Shown in pieces: positions 1-9,609 of a DNA stretch of 64,000 bases (position 1 is its first letter; each line of letters opens with the position of its first letter). The stretch lies in NCBI GenBank assembly GCA_040403885.1, contig JBBAJX010000008.1:13169-77168 (forward strand), written 5' to 3'. The translations under genes and the position numbers were made by a program. The notes under the pieces were generated by a model. The model did no database searches and was not told the origin of the DNA. It saw only the letters and a program-made list of their open reading frames with translations. Source of the stretch: Sediminibacterium sp. GTDB lineage: Bacteria > Bacteroidota > Bacteroidia > Chitinophagales > Chitinophagaceae.

Positions 1-2
1 TT

Positions 3-1364
3 AGTATTAGTGGAACTGGATTACATACGGGGGTTTTAGTGGAAATGACTTTGAATCCGGCCAACCCAGGTTTTGGTTACCAATTTCAAAGAACAGATTT
101 ACCCAACCAACCTATTATTAAAGCAGACTGCGATTTAGTCACCGATACAAGTAGAGGAACCACCCTACAAGTAGGCGATGCTAAAATAAGTACAGTAGAA
201 CATATACTAGCTGCATTAGTAGGTTTAGGTGTTGACAATTGTTTAATACAAGTCAACGGACCTGAAATTCCTATTATTGATGGAAGCTCCTCTCCATTTA
301 TAGAGATCATTGAAAAAGCAGGTGTGGTAGAACAAGATGCGGCAAAAGCTTGGTATAGTATTGATGAAAATATTTTTCACTACGATGACGAAAAGCGTGT
401 AGAAATGGTAGCCCTTCCTGCATTAGATTATCAAATAACTACTTTAATAGATTTTAATAGTCCGGTTTTAGGAACACAACATGCGGCCTTAAAAACGATC
501 AAAGAATTTAAATCTGAAATTGCTCCTTGCAGAACATTTTGTTTTTTACATGAGCTTGAAGCTTTATTAAAAAATGATTTAATTAAAGGGGGCGATATTA
601 ACAATGCCATTGTGGTCGTGGACCAGCCTGTGACTGAACAAGAGATGAGCCGACTAGCCAAGGTTTTTAAAAGAGATAAAATTGAAGTAAAGAGCGAAGG
701 CTATTTAAATAATTTAGAATTAAGATTCCCTAATGAGCCTGCAAGACATAAGTTATTAGATGTTGTTGGTGACCTTGCGTTAATTGGCTATCCCATTAAA
801 GCGCGCATTATTGCTAATAGACCAGGCCATAGCAGCAATGTTGAGTTTGCTAAAAAAATTAAGCAGTACATCAAAAAAAATAAGCACGTTAAAGATGTAC
901 CTATTTATGATCCAACGGCAACACCTGTATTTGCTTTAGAGCAAATTGAAAAAACTTTACCCCATCGTCATCCGTTTTTATTCGTTGATAAAATCATTGA
1001 GCTAACCGACACCATTATTGTGGGTGTAAAAAATGTAACTTTCAATGAATGGTTTTTCCCTGGACATTTTCCGGGCAATCCTGTTATGCCAGGTGTTTTA
1101 CAAATTGAAGCCCTTGCACAAACTGGAGGTATACTTTGCATTAACGCCATGCCAAAAGGTGAATACGATACTTATTTTTTAAAGATTGATAATTGTAAGT
1201 TTAAACAAATGGTAAAACCAGGTGATACCATGTTGTTAAAAATGGAATTAACCAGTCCTATTAGAAGAGGTATCTGTGAAATGCGCGGTACCGTATATGT
1301 GGGTGGAAAAGTAGTCACCGAAGCAGACTTGGTGGCGCAAGTTGTAAAAAGAACAAATAAATAA
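3..1364 (+). CDS. lpxC-fabZ: Bifunctional LpxC/FabZ, 5'-truncated by the window edge
   Basis: Frame is open back to base 3 (SISGTGLHTG). LpxC zinc motifs TVEHILAAL and RHKLLDVVGDL; FabZ motifs LPHRHPFLFVD and GHFPGNPVMPGVLQIEALAQ. Confidence 0.97.
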   Translation, partial: SISGTGLHTGVLVEMTLNPANPGFGYQFQRTDLPNQPIIKADCDLVTDTSRGTTLQVGDAKISTVEHILAALVGLGVDNCLIQVNGPEIPIIDGSSSPFIEIIEKAGVVEQDAAKAWYSIDENIFHYDDEKRVEMVALPALDYQITTLIDFNSPVLGTQHAALKTIKEFKSEIAPCRTFCFLHELEALLKNDLIKGGDINNAIVVVDQPVTEQEMSRLAKVFKRDKIEVKSEGYLNNLELRFPNEPARHKLLDVVGDLALIGYPIKARIIANRPGHSSNVEFAKKIKQYIKKNKHVKDVPIYDPTATPVFALEQIEKTLPHRHPFLFVDKIIELTDTIIVGVKNVTFNEWFFPGHFPGNPVMPGVLQIEALAQTGGILCINAMPKGEYDTYFLKIDNCKFKQMVKPGDTMLLKMELTSPIRRGICEMRGTVYVGGKVVTEADLVAQVVKRTNK

Positions 1365-1383
1365 TTGAACCCCTAGTATAAAT

Positions 1384-2181
1384 ATGACACATCCCTTTAC
1401 CTATATTGATCCGAATGCAAAAATTGCCTCCAATGTAAAAATTGATCCTTTTACCGTTATACACGGTGAAGTAACTATTGGAGAAGGTACATGGATTGGA
1501 AGTTCTGTGACTATTATGAATGGTACTAAAATTGGAAAAAATTGTCGCATTTTTCCTGGTGCTGTAATTGGCGCCGACCCACAAGATTTAAAATTTAACG
1601 GAGAAAAAACAACGGTTGAAATTGGAGACAATACCACCATTCGTGAATTTGTAACCATTAACAGAGGTACTTCCGACAGATGGATTACCAAGGTGGGTAA
1701 TAATTGTTTGATCATGGCCTATAGTCATATTGCACACGATTGCATTGTTGGCAACCATTGTATATTAAGTAATAGCGTACAAATTGCAGGCCATGTTACC
1801 TTAGGTGATTTTGCTTGGATAGCAGGTGTGAGTGCCGTGCATCAGTTTGTAAACATTGGTCAACATGCCTATATAGCTGGAGGTAGCTTGGTAAGCAAGG
1901 ATGTACCTCCTTATATAAAAGCAGTGCGTAATCCTTTAAGTTATGGTGGTGTGAATAGTGTGGGATTAAAAAGAAGAGGTTTTGACTTAGAAAAAATTAA
2001 CCATATCCTAGATATCTACCGTTATATATTTAACAAAGGAATGAATACCACGCAAGCACTTGAATTTATTGAAGAAGAAATTCCAGCCACTGATGAGCGT
2101 GATGAAATTATAACCTTCATAAGAGATAGTGGTAGAGGCGTTATTAAAAGATTTGGCAAAGGATTGATGGAAGAAGATTAA
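1384..2181 (+). CDS. lpxA: UDP-N-acetylglucosamine acyltransferase
   Basis: Hexapeptide repeats, PQDLKF, IREFVTINRGT, HIAHDC, VHQFV; follows lpxC-fabZ. Confidence 0.97.
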   Translation: MTHPFTYIDPNAKIASNVKIDPFTVIHGEVTIGEGTWIGSSVTIMNGTKIGKNCRIFPGAVIGADPQDLKFNGEKTTVEIGDNTTIREFVTINRGTSDRWITKVGNNCLIMAYSHIAHDCIVGNHCILSNSVQIAGHVTLGDFAWIAGVSAVHQFVNIGQHAYIAGGSLVSKDVPPYIKAVRNPLSYGGVNSVGLKRRGFDLEKINHILDIYRYIFNKGMNTTQALEFIEEEIPATDERDEIITFIRDSGRGVIKRFGKGLMEED

Positions 2182-2187
2182 TCATTT

Positions 2188-2799
2188 ATGCAAATAAGCC
2201 TAGCACAAGCCTGCAAACGATTTAATAAAGAATGGATTTTTAAAAATCTTAGTTTTCAATTTGAAGCAGGTAAGCATTATGCACTGGTTGGCAACAATGG
2301 TTCTGGGAAAACTACTTTATTACAAATTATTGCGGGCTATAGTAGTCTTACCAAGGGCAGTATTGAGTGGAGTCCCTTTGACGCCAATACTATTTACGAG
2401 CAAATTAGTTTTGCAGCTCCTTATTTAGAATTAGTAGAAGAATTTACCGCCACAGAACAGTTTGAATTTCAAGCTCAATTCAAACCATTACAAAAACAGT
2501 TAAGTACCGAAAAAATAATTTCACTTATTGGTTTAAAAAATGCAGCGCATAAACAAATTCGTTATTATAGTAGCGGTATGAAACAGCGATTAAAATTAGC
2601 ACTCGCTATTTTTTCCGACTGCCCTATTTTATTATTAGACGAGCCTTGCAGTAATTTAGATAAAGAAGGCTATGGCTTGTATGATACTTTAATAAAGGAC
2701 TTTGCTATGCACAAATTAATTATTGTAGGTAGCAATGACCCAGCAGAATATCATTTCTGTAATGCACAAGTGAATTTAATGGATTATAAGCTGGACTAG
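2188..2799 (+). CDS. ABC transporter ATP-binding protein (stand-alone)
   Basis: Walker A GNNGSGKTT, signature YSSGMKQR, Walker B LLLDEP. Confidence 0.9.
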   Translation: MQISLAQACKRFNKEWIFKNLSFQFEAGKHYALVGNNGSGKTTLLQIIAGYSSLTKGSIEWSPFDANTIYEQISFAAPYLELVEEFTATEQFEFQAQFKPLQKQLSTEKIISLIGLKNAAHKQIRYYSSGMKQRLKLALAIFSDCPILLLDEPCSNLDKEGYGLYDTLIKDFAMHKLIIVGSNDPAEYHFCNAQVNLMDYKLD

Positions 2800-4010
2800 C
2801 TTCTGCTAGCAATAATCAAATTCAAATCGGTAAATTTCAAATCAAATTTTGCACTAATATACAAATCGGTTAAAGCCCCTTTGTATAAATAAATACCTTC
2901 TCTAAGGTGTGCTTGTTGCCAAATAATTTCGGCCAAGCCTCCTTGATCCCCTACTTGTACTAGTAAAGGCATAAGTACATTGCTAATAGCTTGACTAGCC
3001 GTACGTGCAAACCCGCTAGGAATATTCGGCACGCCATAATGAAGTACATTATGTTTGATAATAATGGGATTTTCGTGATTGGTTAATTCACTGGTTTCAA
3101 AACAACCTCCTCTGTCAATTGCTACATCTATAATAATACTACCTGGGCGCATGGCTGCTACCATTTCTTCTGTAACCACAATGGGCGCTCTTCCAAAATC
3201 ATTTCTTAAAGCCCCTACTGCTACTTCACAAGTTTTAAGTTGCTTCGCTAAAATTTTTGGCTCTAATACAGAGGTCCATACTCTTTGACCTAAATTATTT
3301 TGAAGTCTTTGTAATCTTGAAACATTGTTATCAAATACTTTCACACTGGCCCCTAAGGCTAGTGCATTTCTTGTAGCAAATTCTCCAATAATATCGGCTC
3401 CAATAATGACTACCTTAGTAGGCGGCACACCACTAACACCTCCTAATAATATACCCTTGCCCTGATTAAAATTACTTAAGTACTGACCTGCAATTAACAT
3501 CACCGCACTTCCTGTAATTTCTCCCATACTTCTTAGTATAGGATAGTTTTGATTTTCATCCTTAATATTTTCAAGTGCTAGTGCCGTAATTTTTTTAGCC
3601 ATCAACTGCTCCATTAATTCTTTTTTTACCGCCGTTAAATGCAAAGGAGAAATAATGGTTTGATGCATTTGTAAAAAAGGCAAATCGGCTTCAACGGGTG
3701 GAGCCGTCTTTACGAGTATGGGACATTTATACACTGCTTCTTTATCTACCACAATATGTGCACCTGCTTCTGAATAATCATTGTCTGAATACCTGCTACC
3801 CTCTGCTGCATTTGATTGCATGAGTACTTCATGTCCATTGGCAACAAGCACACTTACTGCTTCTGGAATGAGTCCAATTCTATTTTCTTGAAAAGCCGTT
3901 TCTTTAGGAATACCAATTAATAAGGGCTTACTTTTTTGAGGAATATCTAATACTTCTTCCTGTGTTTCATAGGAAAAAGCACTATGTATTTGTGGTTTGA
4001 TACTACTCAT
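2796..4010 (-). CDS. ald: Alanine dehydrogenase
   Basis: IGIPKETAFQENRIGL, VAIDRGGCFETS, HYGVPNIP motifs of the AlaDH/PNT family. Confidence 0.9.
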   Translation of the reverse strand: MSSIKPQIHSAFSYETQEEVLDIPQKSKPLLIGIPKETAFQENRIGLIPEAVSVLVANGHEVLMQSNAAEGSRYSDNDYSEAGAHIVVDKEAVYKCPILVKTAPPVEADLPFLQMHQTIISPLHLTAVKKELMEQLMAKKITALALENIKDENQNYPILRSMGEITGSAVMLIAGQYLSNFNQGKGILLGGVSGVPPTKVVIIGADIIGEFATRNALALGASVKVFDNNVSRLQRLQNNLGQRVWTSVLEPKILAKQLKTCEVAVGALRNDFGRAPIVVTEEMVAAMRPGSIIIDVAIDRGGCFETSELTNHENPIIIKHNVLHYGVPNIPSGFARTASQAISNVLMPLLVQVGDQGGLAEIIWQQAHLREGIYLYKGALTDLYISAKFDLKFTDLNLIIASRS

Positions 4011-4024
4011 TGTAAAAAATATTT

Positions 4025-4435
4025 TTATGAAGGTATAAAAATCCTTCTATGTTCAGGATCTAAAATTTCAATTTGAAAGACTTGGGTATCATCGGGAAGT
4101 AGTCCTTTTGCGTTTTCAGGCCACTCTATAAAACAGTGGTCGGCCTGCTCAAAAGCAGCTTCAACCCCGGCCCTAATTGCTTCCTTTTCGTCTTGCAAAC
4201 GGTACCAGTCCATATGGAAAACTAATTTTCCCGCGGCATCGTACTCATTCATAATGGCGAAAGTAGGGCTGGTGACATGGTCTGTAATACCCATTTCTTT
4301 ACAAATAGCAGCAATGAGGGTAGTCTTGCCTGCACCCATGGGCGCTTGGAAAGCCCATATTGGCTTTTGACCATAAGCCTTCAAAAGGGCCCCTGCCACC
4401 TGACTTAGTTCCTTTAAAGAATAGCTCATTTCCAT
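4025..4435 (-). CDS. tsaE: tRNA t6A biosynthesis ATPase TsaE
   Basis: MGAGKTT, VTSPTFAIMNEY, HMDWYRL, IEWPE. Confidence 0.96.
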   Translation of the reverse strand: MEMSYSLKELSQVAGALLKAYGQKPIWAFQAPMGAGKTTLIAAICKEMGITDHVTSPTFAIMNEYDAAGKLVFHMDWYRLQDEKEAIRAGVEAAFEQADHCFIEWPENAKGLLPDDTQVFQIEILDPEHRRIFIPS

Positions 4436-4516
4436 AATCCAAAGATAAGCAAGAATAGAATCTCTGCTAGCGTATTAATGCTTTAAAATAAGCTAAAATG
4501 TCTTCGTACCTTTAGG

Positions 4517-6664
4517 GTGAAAATTAAGGATATGGAATCAGTACAGTGGAAGGTAGACGGCATGAGTTGCACCAATTGTGCTTTATCTATTCATAAATAT
4601 TTACAAACTAATGGCATCGAAGCCCCTAAAGTAAGTTTTATGGATGGCGAAGTGCAGTTTGAAATGCCACAGGAAATAAAAAAAGAAACATTAATTAAGG
4701 GCATACAAAAACTAGGCTATAAAGTTAGAGGGCAAGAAGAAAAGCAGGTTAAAAAATGGTTGGATAATAATAAAGAACGCGCTTTATTTTCTTTTCTATT
4801 CACAGTTCCTTTATTGATGCATATGATACCTGGTGTGCATATTCATTTTCTAATGAACCCCTATGTTCAACTTACTTTTACTTTACCTGTTTTTATATTA
4901 GGTATGTCTTATTTTGGAAAAAGTGCTTGGTATAGTATTACCCAGGGCATTCCCAATATGAATGTACTTGTGGCCATTGGCGCACTCGCTTCCTTTGGTT
5001 ATAGTTTATACGGAACCCTTATAGGACAAGGCGCTTTATTTGCTTATTATGAAACTACCGCCACCATTATTACATTAGTATTTTTTGGTAACTACTTAGA
5101 AGACGCTTCTGTACAATCTACACAACGCGCTTTAAAGGATTTAGTAAAGGCACAAAAAGTAATGGCCAATATGATAGTCTTTGACGAAAATCATAAAGAA
5201 ATTATTTTTAATGTAGAAAGCACAAGCTTAAAAGTGGGCGATATTATTTTAGTGAATGCAGGCGAAACCATTCCCATGGATAGTAAAATTTTATGGGGAG
5301 AGGCCAGTGTGAATGAAAGTATTGTGACTGGAGAAAGTGTTCCTGTATTTAGAAAAATGCATGATATATTATTAGGAGGCAGCACTATTGAAAATGGAAC
5401 TATTAAAGCCTATGTGACTGCAGTGGGAGACGATACAGTACTTGCTAATATTTTAAAAATGGTGAAGGCTGCCCAAGGCGAAAAGCCTCCCGTGCAAATT
5501 TTAGCCGACAAAATTAGTGCCATTTTTGTACCCTTGGTTTTAGGCATAGCCCTACTTACACTTATAGGCAACTTAATAATTACGGATATTGGTTTTGGGC
5601 CTAGTATGCTAAGAGCCATTGCAGTACTGGTTATATCCTGCCCTTGTGCTATGGGTTTAGCCACACCTGCAGCCATTGCAGTGGGACTTGGCAGAGGTGC
5701 ACGTAATGGTGTTTTATTTAAAAATGCAAAGAGTTTAGAAACTTTTAAAGATATCAAACAAGTGGTATTTGATAAAACAGGCACTTTAACTTCAGGCCAT
5801 TTTACGATTACCCATTTTAATGTTGAAGCGGGATTAGCAGAAGATGAGTTTAAAAAAATTGCTTATTCTTTAGAAAAATATTCTAACCACCCTATTGCCA
5901 AATGCATTAGCACTCATTGGAAAAATAAAGAAGATATAAAATGGAAAACTATTGAAGAAATAAAAGGAAGGGGTATTCAAGCAACCGATAAAGAAGGCAA
6001 TACTTACTTTGCAGGTTCTTATGATACTTTGAAAGAGAGTAAAAAAGAAACTAAAGCAGAAGATGGGCATAATATTTACATTCAAAAAAATAATATCCTC
6101 TTAGGTTGGATTGATGTAGCCGATGAAATTAGACCGGAAGCAAAAGAAGTAATTGCGACTTTGCATGCACAAGGTATTCATACCATATTATTAAGTGGTG
6201 ATAGAAAAATTAAATGCGAGCAAGTGGGCAAGGCCTTAGGTATTCAAGAAATTATTAGTGAGCAAAGCCCATCCGATAAATTAAATAAATTAGAAGCCCT
6301 TACTAAAATAAGCCCTACTGCCATGGTGGGCGATGGTATTAACGATGCGCCTGCTTTAGCCAAGGCCACTATTGGTATTTCTTTAAGCAATGCATCACAT
6401 ATTGCTATACAAAGTGCGCAAGTTATTTTAATGAACCAGGGACTTAAGAATTTACCTATGGCCTTGGGACTAGGTAGAAGAACATATGAAACCATTAAAG
6501 AAAATTTAGCCTGGGCATTTTCTTATAATATTATTGCGATTCCGGTGGCAGCCCTTGGCCTACTGGGTACCTGGGGACCCACTTATGGTGCACTTATTAT
6601 GGGATTAAGCGATGTAGTACTAGCCATTAATTCATTAAGATTATTTAAGAAAAAATTGGTCTAG
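4517..6664 (+). CDS. Heavy-metal (probably Cu+) P1B-type ATPase; likely start ATG 4532
   Basis: N-terminal HMA motif GMSCTNC, TGES, CPC, DKTGT, GDGINDAP, YN in a late TM helix; the usual MxxSS reads MGLSD. Confidence 0.93.
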   Translation: MKIKDMESVQWKVDGMSCTNCALSIHKYLQTNGIEAPKVSFMDGEVQFEMPQEIKKETLIKGIQKLGYKVRGQEEKQVKKWLDNNKERALFSFLFTVPLLMHMIPGVHIHFLMNPYVQLTFTLPVFILGMSYFGKSAWYSITQGIPNMNVLVAIGALASFGYSLYGTLIGQGALFAYYETTATIITLVFFGNYLEDASVQSTQRALKDLVKAQKVMANMIVFDENHKEIIFNVESTSLKVGDIILVNAGETIPMDSKILWGEASVNESIVTGESVPVFRKMHDILLGGSTIENGTIKAYVTAVGDDTVLANILKMVKAAQGEKPPVQILADKISAIFVPLVLGIALLTLIGNLIITDIGFGPSMLRAIAVLVISCPCAMGLATPAAIAVGLGRGARNGVLFKNAKSLETFKDIKQVVFDKTGTLTSGHFTITHFNVEAGLAEDEFKKIAYSLEKYSNHPIAKCISTHWKNKEDIKWKTIEEIKGRGIQATDKEGNTYFAGSYDTLKESKKETKAEDGHNIYIQKNNILLGWIDVADEIRPEAKEVIATLHAQGIHTILLSGDRKIKCEQVGKALGIQEIISEQSPSDKLNKLEALTKISPTAMVGDGINDAPALAKATIGISLSNASHIAIQSAQVILMNQGLKNLPMALGLGRRTYETIKENLAWAFSYNIIAIPVAALGLLGTWGPTYGALIMGLSDVVLAINSLRLFKKKLV

Positions 6665-6669
6665 TTCTT

Positions 6670-8391
6670 TTGGAAAATATACAAGCCATATTAAAACAGT
6701 ATTGGGGCTATACTCAGTTCAGACCTCAGCAAGAAGAAGTCATAGAAGCAGTCTTAGAAGGCAAAGATGTACTCACTTTACTACCCACAGGCGCAGGTAA
6801 ATCACTTTGTTTTCAAGTGCCCACCATTTATCAAAAGGGTATTTGCGTTATCATTAGTCCTTTAATTGCGCTCATGCAAGATCAAGTAAAGGATTTAAAG
6901 AGTAAAAATTTAACAGCCGTAAATTTAGGAGGCGAAATAAATTACGAACAGCAAGAAACTATTTTAAATGATGCAATTACTGGTAAGTATCAATTTATTT
7001 ACCTCTCTCCTGAAAAATTAGTACAAAAATCTTTTCAAATTTTTTTACAGGCCCTACCTATTACTTTATTTGCCATTGATGAAGCGCATTGTATTTCTCA
7101 GTGGGGATATGATTTTAGACCCTCTTATAGAAAACTTGATGTATTAAAGAAAATGTTTCCTTCTATTCCAGTATTAGCTATGACAGCATCAGCCATTCCA
7201 CTAGTACAAGAAGATATTGTAAAACAATTAGTATTAAAAAATGCTACTGTTATTAGCAGTTCTTTTTTAAGGCCTAACCTAAGTTACAGCGTTCATAAGG
7301 TAGCCACTAAAATACATAGTCTTCGAAAACTCTTAGAAAATATAAAAGGCACCATTATTATTTATGGTAGTACCCGTAATAATGTAAGTCAATTAGCAAA
7401 ACTATTGCAAGACTATGGCTACCCTGCTGCCGAGTACCATGCAGGCATGCCTTATGCTACAAGACAAAAAGTGCAAGAAAACTGGACGAACAATAGTTTG
7501 CGTATAGTGGTGTGTACTAGCGCTTTTGGTATGGGTATTAACAAACCCGATGTGCGCGCTGTTATACATTATGACTTACCCAATAGTATTGAGCAGTATT
7601 ATCAAGAAGCAGGTCGTGCAGGTAGAGACGGAAAGCCCGCTGAAGCCATTTTACTTTTTCAACAAAACGATTGGGATTACTGGCAAATGGTACAAGAAAA
7701 AAAATATCCCCCCATTGATACTATTAAAAAAGCCTACCAAGACTTAGCCGATTTTATTCAAGTACCTATTGGCATTGGTGAAAAACAAGAATATCCTTTT
7801 GACTTTGAAAATTATTGTAGCATTTTCAAATGGGATAAAATGATAGCGCGTAGTGCACTGCAGTGGATAGAACAAGAAGGCCATGTAAAATTTTCAGCAA
7901 GTTCTTTTAAGCCATCATTAGTTCAAGTCATTGCCGATAGAAATACCATTGAAGAATTTGAGCAGCGTAATTCCAATGCAGGCGCTGTACTTCAATTAAT
8001 ACTTAGAACTTATGGAGGCATTTTGGATAGCCCACAATATATCAACGAAAAATTACTAGCCTCCTTATTACAAAGAGACATTGAATTTGTCCAAAAAAAC
8101 TTATTGTTTTTAGTGCAGGTAGGTCAAATAAGCTTTGAACAAAAAGAGAGTCAGCCCGTGGTACAATTCTTATGGAATAGAACGGCAGCTGCCTTTATGA
8201 AAATAGATCTTGATAATTATCAGCTTAGAAAAAAGGCCTTTTTGCAACGCGTCAAGCAGTTCACAGACTATATCTGGGCCCATGATATGGATTGTAGAAG
8301 CAGTTATTTAGCTGCTTATTTCGGAGAAAAAAATCCAAGTAAATGTAAAATATGCGACCTTTGTACAGGAAGTCAAAATACTAGATTTTAA
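6670..8391 (+). CDS. RecQ-family DNA helicase (no HRDC domain evident)
   Basis: PTGAGKSLCFQ, DEAHCISQWG, MTASA, QEAGRAGRDG; C-terminal Cys cluster CRSS...CKICDLC. Confidence 0.93.
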   Translation: MENIQAILKQYWGYTQFRPQQEEVIEAVLEGKDVLTLLPTGAGKSLCFQVPTIYQKGICVIISPLIALMQDQVKDLKSKNLTAVNLGGEINYEQQETILNDAITGKYQFIYLSPEKLVQKSFQIFLQALPITLFAIDEAHCISQWGYDFRPSYRKLDVLKKMFPSIPVLAMTASAIPLVQEDIVKQLVLKNATVISSSFLRPNLSYSVHKVATKIHSLRKLLENIKGTIIIYGSTRNNVSQLAKLLQDYGYPAAEYHAGMPYATRQKVQENWTNNSLRIVVCTSAFGMGINKPDVRAVIHYDLPNSIEQYYQEAGRAGRDGKPAEAILLFQQNDWDYWQMVQEKKYPPIDTIKKAYQDLADFIQVPIGIGEKQEYPFDFENYCSIFKWDKMIARSALQWIEQEGHVKFSASSFKPSLVQVIADRNTIEEFEQRNSNAGAVLQLILRTYGGILDSPQYINEKLLASLLQRDIEFVQKNLLFLVQVGQISFEQKESQPVVQFLWNRTAAAFMKIDLDNYQLRKKAFLQRVKQFTDYIWAHDMDCRSSYLAAYFGEKNPSKCKICDLCTGSQNTRF

Positions 8392-8405
8392 CAATACATT
8401 ATAAT

Positions 8406-8429
8406 AGGCGAATTAAACGCCTTGTTTTT
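8406..8429 (+). terminator. Weak putative intrinsic terminator after the RecQ gene
   Basis: AGGCG-AATTAAA-CGCCT followed by TGTTTTT. Confidence 0.4.
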
Positions 8430-8570
8430 AACAAAAGATTGGAAATTAATATTTTGAACCAGGCATTGAATCATCGTTTCTTTACATAGAAGCCTGAGAA
8501 ACAATAGTAAAAGAAGCAATCATATAGCAATTATATAAAAGAATTAAAGTATAAAAGAAAAATTAATCAA

Positions 8571-9269
8571 ATGGAAGACAAGAAAAAATATAAGATTTTA
8601 TTGTGTGAGGATGATAGCAATTTAGGTTTAGTCTTAAAAAACTATCTAGAACTAGACGAATACGATGTGACCCTTGAAAGAGATGGTCGTTTAGGACTTG
8701 CTGCTTTCCAAAGAGAAAAGTTTGACCTCTGCTTACTTGATGTAATGATGCCCCATGTAGATGGTTTTACCTTGGCAGAAGAAATTAGAGACATAGACCC
8801 TGAAGTGCCATTATTCTTTTTAAGTGCTAAAACTTTAAAGGAAGATATTATCCATGGCTATAAATTAGGTGCAGACGATTATATTACGAAGCCATTTGAT
8901 AGTGAAGTATTAATGTTAAAAATTAAAGCCATTATCAAAAGAAATGAAGAAGATAATAAAGTAAGCGATAATATCGAGTTCCAATTAGGCAAGTACCATT
9001 TTAATCCAAGATTAAGAGAATTAAAGATGGGCGATATTACGTATACACTCTCTCCTAAAGAAAATGAATTATTAAAAATGTTGGCTGAAAATATCAATGA
9101 TTTACTTACCCGCGAAAAAGCATTAAAGAAAATTTGGGGTAGCGATACTTATTTTAACGGAAGAAGTATGGACGTATACATTGCCAAACTAAGAAAATAC
9201 TTAAGAGAAGACGATCAAATTGAAATTGTTAATATTCATGGTAACGGATTCAGATTAGTAGTTTTATAA
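8571..9269 (+). CDS. OmpR-family response regulator (RprY-like), no adjacent kinase
   Basis: Receiver motifs EDD, LLDVMMP, GADDYITKPF; winged-helix RSMDVYIAKLRKYL...GNGFRL. Confidence 0.93.
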   Translation: MEDKKKYKILLCEDDSNLGLVLKNYLELDEYDVTLERDGRLGLAAFQREKFDLCLLDVMMPHVDGFTLAEEIRDIDPEVPLFFLSAKTLKEDIIHGYKLGADDYITKPFDSEVLMLKIKAIIKRNEEDNKVSDNIEFQLGKYHFNPRLRELKMGDITYTLSPKENELLKMLAENINDLLTREKALKKIWGSDTYFNGRSMDVYIAKLRKYLREDDQIEIVNIHGNGFRLVVL

Positions 9270-9321
9270 ATCATATCTAAGTTCATCAGCATAAAAATAA
9301 TTGGCAAAGCCAAATTTACTA

Positions 9322-9349
9322 TAAAAACCCTTGTTTAACAGGGTTTTTT
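9322..9349 (+). terminator. Intrinsic terminator after the response regulator; marks the left edge of the islet
   Basis: AAAAACCCT-TGTTTAAC-AGGGTTTTT. Confidence 0.8.
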
Positions 9350-9564
9350 AATTAGAGACAAAGCCGGAAATTAAATCATTAAAATTTTAGTATAAAATTT
9401 AATAAACATCTTTTGCTAAATTAATGTGAAATATTTTTAGAATATTTTCTAATAAATATTAATATCTCAAGATAAATTTAGAATAGAATCTAAAATTCAA
9501 TATTATTTTTTTACTACTACCCCAATTATTAAAATACTTTAAGAAGAAATAAATTATGATGGAT

Positions 9565-9572
9565 TATGTTTG
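9565..9572 (+). promoter_or_regulatory. Candidate Bacteroidota -7 promoter element for the islet
   Basis: TATGTTTG matches TAnnTTTG, about 38 nt upstream of ATG 9610. Chance matches are plausible in DNA this AT-rich. Confidence 0.4.
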
Positions 9573-9609
9573 ATTAGAAAAGAAATTAAATAAAAATTAA
9601 ACATTCTAT

